A stretch of DNA of 64,000 nt. It comes from Candidatus Azotimanducaceae bacterium. Lineage in GTDB: Bacteria > Pseudomonadota > Gammaproteobacteria > Pseudomonadales > Azotimanducaceae. Shown here one piece after another: positions 63,773 to 64,000 of this stretch. The notes beneath the pieces were generated by a model. That model saw nothing but the letters and a program-made list of their open reading frames with translations, did no database searches and was not told the DNA's origin. The position numbers were made by a program, and so were the translations under genes. Within the stretch, counting starts at the first letter, position 1; every line of letters starts with the position of its first letter. The stretch lies in the NCBI GenBank assembly GCA_965216695.1, contig OZ244212.1:4128035-4192034 (forward strand). Direction: 5' to 3'.

Positions 63773-64000
63773 TCAGCCGCGGTTTAGCGCGCGTAGATGG
63801 GATGCTTCATTCAGGCTAACCAGGTTGCGCTCCCCACTACGCGCGCACAGATAGCGATGAATGCTGGTGTACTTGGGTTCGAAGAACATGCGCGGGGTCA
63901 TCGCCAGCACATGCGCGGTCCACACGTTGATGACGCCGCCGTGGCAGAAGACCGCAACGCGCTCTCCGGCATGTTTCGCAACGACCTGTTCTAGGGTGTT
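63773..64000 (-). CDS. histidine phosphatase (phosphoglycerate mutase-like) family protein, C-terminal 75 codons only
   Basis: The reverse frame from the window edge reads ...ERVAVFCHGGVINVWTAHVLAMTPRMFFEPKYTSIHRY...LNEASHLRALNRG*. It is not in the ORF track because its start lies outside the window. Confidence 0.55.
   Translation of the reverse strand, partial: NTLEQVVAKHAGERVAVFCHGGVINVWTAHVLAMTPRMFFEPKYTSIHRYLCARSGERNLVSLNEASHLRALNRG

Overview
GC-rich 64-kb chromosomal segment of a diderm bacterium, probably a proteobacterium (lipoboxes, an outer-membrane-type barrel ending in Phe, RtcR with a sigma-54 promoter). It holds about 55 tightly packed protein genes. I found no rRNA, no complete tRNA, no CRISPR array and no transposase or integrase. 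All product calls rest on motifs read by eye; no database search was possible. Most of the window is an oxidoreductase- and hydrolase-rich catabolic landscape: MBL-fold hydrolase, Zn-ADH, D-aminoacylase, two amidohydrolase-2 proteins, a Rieske oxygenase, a Baeyer-Villiger monooxygenase, a P450 with two coupled SDRs, three luciferase-like monooxygenases (one broken by an in-frame TAG), an FAD monooxygenase and a cytochrome c/PQQ-like propeller. Embedded modules are an rtcR / sigma-54 / rtcB-rtcA RNA-repair operon extended by a T4 Pnk-type 3'-phosphatase, an ECF sigma plus Ser/Thr kinase-TPR pair, a PA2778/PA2779 peptidase pair and a RimK-TrkA_C fusion. The stand-out locus is 19.97-31.63 kb. There, a receptor-like TIR-TM-TPR protein and a Pro-rich repeat microprotein lie convergent with a four-gene operon. 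That operon encodes a 2116-aa outer-membrane giant, a membrane-anchored CHAT-like caspase-fold protease, a His-repeat/Cys-rich membrane protein and a stand-alone C14 orthocaspase. This combination matches no defence or cell-death system I recognise and is my best candidate for an undescribed system.
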